Source: Thermoproteota archaeon
GTDB taxonomy: Archaea; Korarchaeota; Korarchaeia; Korarchaeales; Korarchaeaceae
Assembly: GCA_027492205.1 (NCBI GenBank)
Contig: JAOZFN010000016.1
Span: 1 to 64,000 of the forward strand
Direction: 5' to 3'
DNA length: 64,000 nt
Made by a program: the position numbers and the translations under genes. Under the pieces are notes generated by a model that saw only the letters and a list, made by a program, of their open reading frames with translations, made no database searches and was not told where the DNA came from. Shown here piece after piece: positions 58,692 through 64,000 of the stretch. How positions within the stretch are numbered: the stretch's first letter is position 1; each line of letters starts with the position of its first letter.

Positions 58692-59648
58692 TTGGGGAGC
58701 AAGAGAGGCCTGGCTATCTTCCTCATCGTGATAGCCCTGGGGGTGGCCGTAAGCTACGCCCTGCCAAGGTTCGTCCCGAGAATCTCCCTAGTGAAAAGGG
58801 TCGCCCTCCTAGAGCTGTCCGGCGTGATCACCTACAGTGACACCGCATCCCTCCTGGGAGGCGGCGAGATCACCCCAAGCTCTGTGAGAGAGATGGTTGA
58901 CGAGGTGAAGGGGGATCCATCATACGCCGCGGTCGTGCTCGTGATAAATAGCCCAGGAGGCAGCGCCGCGGCCTCTGAGGAGATCTACGGAATCCTGAGG
59001 GGGCTCTCACAGGACCTGCCGGTCGTGGCCTACATATCCGAGTACGGGGCCTCGGGCGGGTACTACGTGGCCCTGGCGGCGGACGAGATAGTGGCCTCCC
59101 CCGCCGCCCTGACAGGATCCGTGGGGGCCGCCTCGATACTGCTCAACTACGCCGGCCTGGCGGAGAAGCTCGGCGTCAAGGGTGAGACATTCAAGAGCGG
59201 GGAGTTCAAGGACGTGGGCAACCCCTGGAGGGAGATGACCGAGGAGGAGAGAGAGCTCATGCAGTCCCTCATAGACTCCTCGGCCGAGATCTTCAGGCAG
59301 AGGGTTTGGGAGGTCAGGGGGAGCAAGATCAGAGACTGGGAGGGGGTGATCACGGCCAGACCGTACACTGGAACCCAGGCGCTCGAGGTTGGGCTGGTGG
59401 ACAGGGTCGGAGCGCTCGACGACGCAATCGACCTGGCGAGGCAGATGGCGGGCCTGCCAGAGGACGCCCCGGCCGAGTGGATCAGGCCGCCTACCCCTGG
59501 GCTGCTCGACCTCCTGCTGGGCGGGGCCGGCTCGCGGACGGGAGGGGCGAGACTCAGCTACGAGCTGCTCTGGATGTGGCCGCTGCCGTCCGGGCTGGAG
59601 GGGCTGGCTGCTGGCCCGTCGCGCCTCGCGGCCCTCGTAGGCGGGTAG
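58692..59648 (+). CDS. sppA: Signal peptide peptidase SppA (S49)
   Basis: INSPGGS, GASGGYYVA, TGSVG, KSGEFKD and ALEVGLVD motifs; ORF is open from 58638. Confidence 0.93.
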   Translation: MGSKRGLAIFLIVIALGVAVSYALPRFVPRISLVKRVALLELSGVITYSDTASLLGGGEITPSSVREMVDEVKGDPSYAAVVLVINSPGGSAAASEEIYGILRGLSQDLPVVAYISEYGASGGYYVALAADEIVASPAALTGSVGAASILLNYAGLAEKLGVKGETFKSGEFKDVGNPWREMTEEERELMQSLIDSSAEIFRQRVWEVRGSKIRDWEGVITARPYTGTQALEVGLVDRVGALDDAIDLARQMAGLPEDAPAEWIRPPTPGLLDLLLGGAGSRTGGARLSYELLWMWPLPSGLEGLAAGPSRLAALVGG

Positions 59649-59688
59649 CGGGGGCAGGGTTTAATTCTCCCCTCCCGCCCACCCGCGC

Positions 59689-60306
59689 GTGCGGCTTGAC
59701 GACCTACCGAGGGAGTTCGTAGAGGCCCTTTTCTGGGCCAGACGTCGCCTCGTGGAGGGGGCGGCGCGGGGGAGGTTCGACCCCGCCGAGCTTCTCCGGC
59801 TCGCCCCCCGGATGGCGCCCATGGTCGCGACCCACGGGCCGGCCGGTTTGAACGTCGCGCCCTTCATGGTCGGGTTCTCCGTCAGGGAGGAGCTGCTGGA
59901 CGAGACCATTTCTGAGCTGAGGAAGTTCCTCGAGACGGGAGGTGAGGCCTCAGACGCGGCCCGACTCCTGCTCAGGCTCGTCTACGACCCCGAGAGGGTG
60001 GACCCCCTCACGCTGGTGACTCACCTCATGTCCAAGGGGAGGACGTGGGAGAACGTGAGGGCGACCGGAGAGGCCTCGCTGGGCTTCCTGATCCCGCCTG
60101 ACGAGGGGGCCTACGAGGTGAAGGCGTCGGCGGAGATCCACGAGTCGGGTCCTTGGTACGAGTACGCGAACCTGCTGCACGACGTCATGCACGCAAGGCC
60201 GGGCGAGGAGAGGACCCACCCGTGGTGCCCCGCCCTCGTCTTCAGGGTGAGGGAGATCTACGACAAGGGGTACAGGGCCCTCGGCAGGAGGATATTTCCG
60301 CCCTAG
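59689..60306 (+). CDS. Pyridoxamine-5'-phosphate-oxidase-like split-barrel protein
   Basis: RTWENVRATGEASLGF...YEVK...LVFRVREIYDK pattern. Confidence 0.6.
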   Translation: MRLDDLPREFVEALFWARRRLVEGAARGRFDPAELLRLAPRMAPMVATHGPAGLNVAPFMVGFSVREELLDETISELRKFLETGGEASDAARLLLRLVYDPERVDPLTLVTHLMSKGRTWENVRATGEASLGFLIPPDEGAYEVKASAEIHESGPWYEYANLLHDVMHARPGEERTHPWCPALVFRVREIYDKGYRALGRRIFPP

Positions 60307-60327
60307 AGCGAGGTGGTCGAGGCCAGG

Positions 60328-60817
60328 TCATATCTCCAGCTCAGGCTCGCGCTCAGGCCCCGGCTGCCTCCCGGCCCGCCTCCCTAGAAGAGCCCCACCA
60401 GCCACGCCGACGACGGACAGGGTGAGCCCCAGCGCCGACGCCGAGGCAAGCAGCAGCACCCTCAGGATGGGGGGGACCCGCCTGAGCCCCACGTACGCCT
60501 CCGTGAAGTTCCCCCCTCACCTCCAGCTCGTGGAACCCGGCCGGGACCTCCACGGTGACCCTCCTCCCGGAGCCGGCGGGCCTGCCGTCCAGGTAGACCT
60601 GCACCTCGCCGTCAGCCTCGATCCAGGCCATCATGCCCCGCGGGGACTCCAGGGTCAGGCCCGCCGCCCCTCCCTCCGGGTAGATCCTCTCCCCGCCCCC
60701 GTAGTGAGGCACCATCTGGGGGTAGAGGAACACGTAGTAGATGACCCCCAGCCCTCCCAGCACGAACAGCGCGCCGCCCAAGACCGCCAGGGCGGCCCTC
60801 GCTGACCTGGATGCCAT
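60328..60817 (-). CDS. Membrane protein with two terminal TM helices, interrupted by a +1 frameshift
   Basis: Removing one G from the G6 run (60511-60516) gives ...VRGNFTEAYVGLRRVPPILRVLLLASASALGLTLSVVGVAGGALLGRR...LEI*. Confidence 0.65.
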
Positions 60818-60909
60818 CCCCGGGGGCAGGCGCCGGCCGAAAATAAGTGGGCCCCACCCGGCCGGATCGCAGTCGGCCCTTTATTGAAGACCCCGGGCAG
60901 AGCCGGGGG

Positions 60910-62691
60910 ATGGCCCTGACTCTCCCTGGGTACGGAGAGATCGTCACGGTGAACCTCTCGACCCGAGAGGTCTCAGTGAGTCCCACTCCAGAGTCCCTGG
61001 CCCTCAGGTACGTTGGTGGAAAGGGGATCGGACTCAGGATGCTGTACGACATGACGTCGCCGTCGACCGACCCCTTGGGACCGGAGAACCCCCTGATCCT
61101 GGCAATCGGTCCCCTGACGGGAACTGCTGTTCCATTCTCCGGAAAGGCGGCGTTATCGTTCAAGTCCCCACAGACCGGCGTGCTGGGGGAGTCGATCGTC
61201 GGGGGGACGCTGGGGGCGGCGCTCAGGTGGGTGGGCGTGACCTCCTTGGTCGTCAAGGGAGCCTCACGGGACCCGGTCTACCTTCTCCTGACGCCCGAGG
61301 GGGTCGAGGTTAGGGACGCTCGGAAGCTGTGGGGCCTCGGAATATACGAGACCACCGACCTCCTCAAGGAGGAGCACGGGAGGATCGCCAGCGTCGCCGC
61401 GATAGGGCCGGCGGGAGAGAGCCTGGTCAGCTTCGCCTGCGTGGGGAACGAGTACTGGAGGCAGGCCGGCAGGACTGGGGCGGGAGCGGTCATGGGCTCC
61501 AAGAGGCTGAAGGCCATAGTCGTGGCGCACGATGGCCCAGACTGGGACGCCCACGATCCCGACGGCTTACGCCAGCTCGCGGCCTCGATGATGCCAAGGG
61601 TGAGGGAGGGCCTGAAGTCCTACTTCGAGCGCGGGACCCCGGGCATTGTGGAGCTGGCCAACCGCATGGGTTTCTTTCCCAGCCTGTACTGGTCCCAGGG
61701 GTCCATCGAGGGGTGGGAGGGCCTCAGCTGGGACGCCCTCCGGGAGATATTCCTGGGCCCCCGGGGGTGCGCCGGGTGCCCGACGCCCTGCGGCAGGCTG
61801 GCCGAGGTCGACGGGGGCAGGCACGCCGGAGCGAGGGCGGAGGTGGAGTACGAGACCCTCTTCGCGCTGGGCGGCCTCGTCGGCGTGACGGACGTCAGGG
61901 AGGTGACCTGGCTCAACGGCCTGGCCGACGACCTCGGCCTAGACACCATATCGCTGGGAAACGTGCTGGGGTTCGCGATCGAGGCCCATCGCAGGGGAAG
62001 GCTGGACCCGGGGTTTGGGCTGGATTACGGGGACTCCGAGGCCCTCGGCAGGCTCACGGAGATGATAGCCAGGAGGGAGGGCGTGGGAGACCTGCTGGCC
62101 GGTGGAGTCAAGAGGGCGGCCGAGTCCCTCGGGCTTCAGGATCTGGCTGTCCACGTGAAGGGGCTTGAGCCCTCCGGCTACGACCCCCGGACGCTGAGGG
62201 GGATGATCGTCTCCTTCGGGGTCAGCTCCCGCGGAGCGTGCCACCTCCGCCTCATGGGCTACTACGCCGACATCAGGGGGATGGGCGGAGGTCCGGACGA
62301 GGTGACGGAGGAGAAGATGAGGGCGATAGCCGACCTGGAGGAGAGGGGGGTCTTGATGGACTCTCTCCTGCTCTGCAAGTTCTCCAGGACCGTGATGCTC
62401 TGGGGGGAGATGGGCGAGTTCTACAGGCTGGTAACGGGGGTCGACCTGGGCGAGGAGGGCCTGAGGGAGGCGGCGAGGAGGATCATAGACCTGGCGAGGT
62501 GGTACAACCTGAGGGAGGGTCTAAGAAGGGAGGACGACAGGCTGCCAAGGAGGCTGGTCGAGGAGCCCCTGCGGTGCGGGGGAGAGGAGAGGGGGATAGG
62601 TTGGGGCGATGTCGAGGGGTCCCTGGACCTCTACTACCGGATAAGGGGGTGGGACGAGGGGGGAGTCCCCTCCAGCCCGCCGGAGGGCTGA
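60910..62691 (+). CDS. Aldehyde:ferredoxin oxidoreductase family protein (third paralog)
   Basis: KSPQTG, GAVMGSKRLKAI, CAGCPTPC, EYET, GLDTIS, YDPR and RGACH motifs. Confidence 0.95.
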   Translation: MALTLPGYGEIVTVNLSTREVSVSPTPESLALRYVGGKGIGLRMLYDMTSPSTDPLGPENPLILAIGPLTGTAVPFSGKAALSFKSPQTGVLGESIVGGTLGAALRWVGVTSLVVKGASRDPVYLLLTPEGVEVRDARKLWGLGIYETTDLLKEEHGRIASVAAIGPAGESLVSFACVGNEYWRQAGRTGAGAVMGSKRLKAIVVAHDGPDWDAHDPDGLRQLAASMMPRVREGLKSYFERGTPGIVELANRMGFFPSLYWSQGSIEGWEGLSWDALREIFLGPRGCAGCPTPCGRLAEVDGGRHAGARAEVEYETLFALGGLVGVTDVREVTWLNGLADDLGLDTISLGNVLGFAIEAHRRGRLDPGFGLDYGDSEALGRLTEMIARREGVGDLLAGGVKRAAESLGLQDLAVHVKGLEPSGYDPRTLRGMIVSFGVSSRGACHLRLMGYYADIRGMGGGPDEVTEEKMRAIADLEERGVLMDSLLLCKFSRTVMLWGEMGEFYRLVTGVDLGEEGLREAARRIIDLARWYNLREGLRREDDRLPRRLVEEPLRCGGEERGIGWGDVEGSLDLYYRIRGWDEGGVPSSPPEG

Positions 62692-62734
62692 CGTCGCCGA
62701 GGATTTAATTTCGGCGGCCAACCCTCCCGGCGGG

Positions 62735-63106
62735 GTGACCGGCGTGGGCGAGGAGGAGGAGCGCGCGGGGCTGGTGTTCGTGGCGCTCATGTTCATAGGC
62801 GCGGGGGTCGGCCTCCTGTTCGGCAGGCCTGACGTAGGAGGGGCGATAGGTATGGGTCTTGGCTTCCTAGCCATGGCCGTCCTCAGGTCGAGGTACGCGG
62901 AGGTGAGAGCCGAGGCGACCGTCGTGATAGGAAGGCGGGAGGGATCCGCCCTGCTCGCGGTCGTAGGGCTAGTCTTCATCGGCGGAGGCTTGAGCATGCT
63001 GCTCGGCCTGAAGGTGCCGTGGGAGGTGCTGGGCGGCCTGCTGGCGGTGACCGTGGGGCTGGCCTTCCTGTCGGCGGCTTTCAGGCTAGTGAGGCTCGAG
63101 AGGTGA
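62735..63106 (+). CDS. Small four-TM membrane protein
   Basis: FIGAGVGLLFGRPDVGGAIGMGLGFL; TTTAATT upstream. Confidence 0.75.
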   Translation: MTGVGEEEERAGLVFVALMFIGAGVGLLFGRPDVGGAIGMGLGFLAMAVLRSRYAEVRAEATVVIGRREGSALLAVVGLVFIGGGLSMLLGLKVPWEVLGGLLAVTVGLAFLSAAFRLVRLER

Positions 63107-64000
63107 CTGAGGATCGACCGAACACCTCCCCCTCGCCCTCACCACAGGCTCCGCAGATGCAGTGGACAGCCTGCCTGCCCTGGTCCCAGCGGACTCCTGC
63201 GGGCGCTCCACTGTGACACTAGACCCGTGGCTCCCGGGCCCAGCGGCCTGACCGGCCTGATGAGGCAGTGCAGCCTCAGGACACAGCCGGGCTCGAGGGC
63301 GCGGACCTCCGCGACCCCTCCCGGCCCGACGAGCCTCACCCCCCGCGCTGAAGTTCAGGCGTATCTTCACGGTACCCCTCTGCCTCTGCGCGCACTTCCA
63401 TGGGGTGGACCGGTAGACGGTTCCGTTGACCTCCAAGAACGCGGACGCGTGATCCACGTACCTTACGTATCCCTGGGGCAGGTGGTGAGTGACGTTGACC
63501 CACGTGACGTTCAAGGTCCCGGAGTTCACCAGCGTCACGTTCGCCAGGGCAGGCATCCTCGGCCTCACCTCTCCAGGCAGGAAGCTCAGGGTGGCGTTGA
63601 GGTCTGCGGTCGAGAACTCGTAGGTTATGGTCTCTCCCTCGGTCACGTTGCCAGTCTCCAAGACGTAGTCGGTAACGATCCCGCCGACGGATTCCACCGC
63701 GAGGAGGGTGTAATTCCCGCTCCCTCTGGCGACGAGCTCTACCCCGTACTCTCCGTCCACCGCCCAGTCGATCATCTCGTGCGAGACGTTCCCCGCGACC
63801 TCGTAGGTGGCGTTCGGGATCTGGAGGTCCAGCTCGCCGGTCGTGTAGTTGAGGCCGACGTGCCTGTGGTGCGGATGAGTTTCCAGGCCCCGGTGGTGCG
63901 GGGCGTTATCGTACCTCAGCGGTATGTCTTCACCCCTGATCAGCGAGTAGCTGCACTTCACCACACTGCCGCCGACTAGCCTCTCATAGACGTCCAACCT
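63086..64000 (-). pseudogene. Chimeric ORF: DUF6516-like fragment fused to a surface-protein fragment with frameshifts
   Basis: LRYDNAPHHRGLETHPHHRH switches abruptly to Asn/Thr-rich Ig-like sequence; frame break at the C6 run 63339-63344. Confidence 0.55.

Noticed and set aside
1-64000. CRISPR array, rRNA, IS transposase or integrase
   Set aside because: No regularly spaced repeats, rRNA-like tracts or recombinase motifs were seen by eye.

Overview
GC-rich, gene-dense window from a thermophilic archaeon, probably TACK-type. The evidence is TATA-like TTTA[A/T]A boxes, GGTGA/GGAGG ribosome-binding sites, form III RuBisCO, bifunctional FBP aldolase/phosphatase, archaeal TPI and an IPCT/DIPPS-like gene. 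Positions ~790-21500 form a visibly less GC-rich catabolic island. It encodes a class I aldolase, a divergent PreA/DHODH-ferredoxin fusion, two AOR-family oxidoreductases plus an Fe-S subunit, an M20 amidase, two deaminase-type and one cyclic amidohydrolase, an ECF importer with an unrecognised S component, an FGGY kinase, a polyol dehydrogenase, a creatininase-family enzyme plus a decayed paralog, a truncated corrinoid-protein remnant, and an MtmB methyltransferase homolog with Leu in place of pyrrolysine. This island is the best candidate for an undescribed system: a pathway to import and degrade an N-methylated heterocycle carrying a sugar or polyol (inference). The rest is a mosaic of central carbon genes, four toxin-antitoxin-like modules, unusual fusions (MFS-DUF47, IPCT/DIPPS with extra TM domain, permuted GlcF), a maltokinase-like pseudokinase, a 1568-aa Cys-rich surface protein, decayed local duplications, and several surface-protein genes broken at short G-runs. 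No CRISPR array, rRNA or convincing tRNA was seen. All family calls come from motif recognition by eye, not from database searches.
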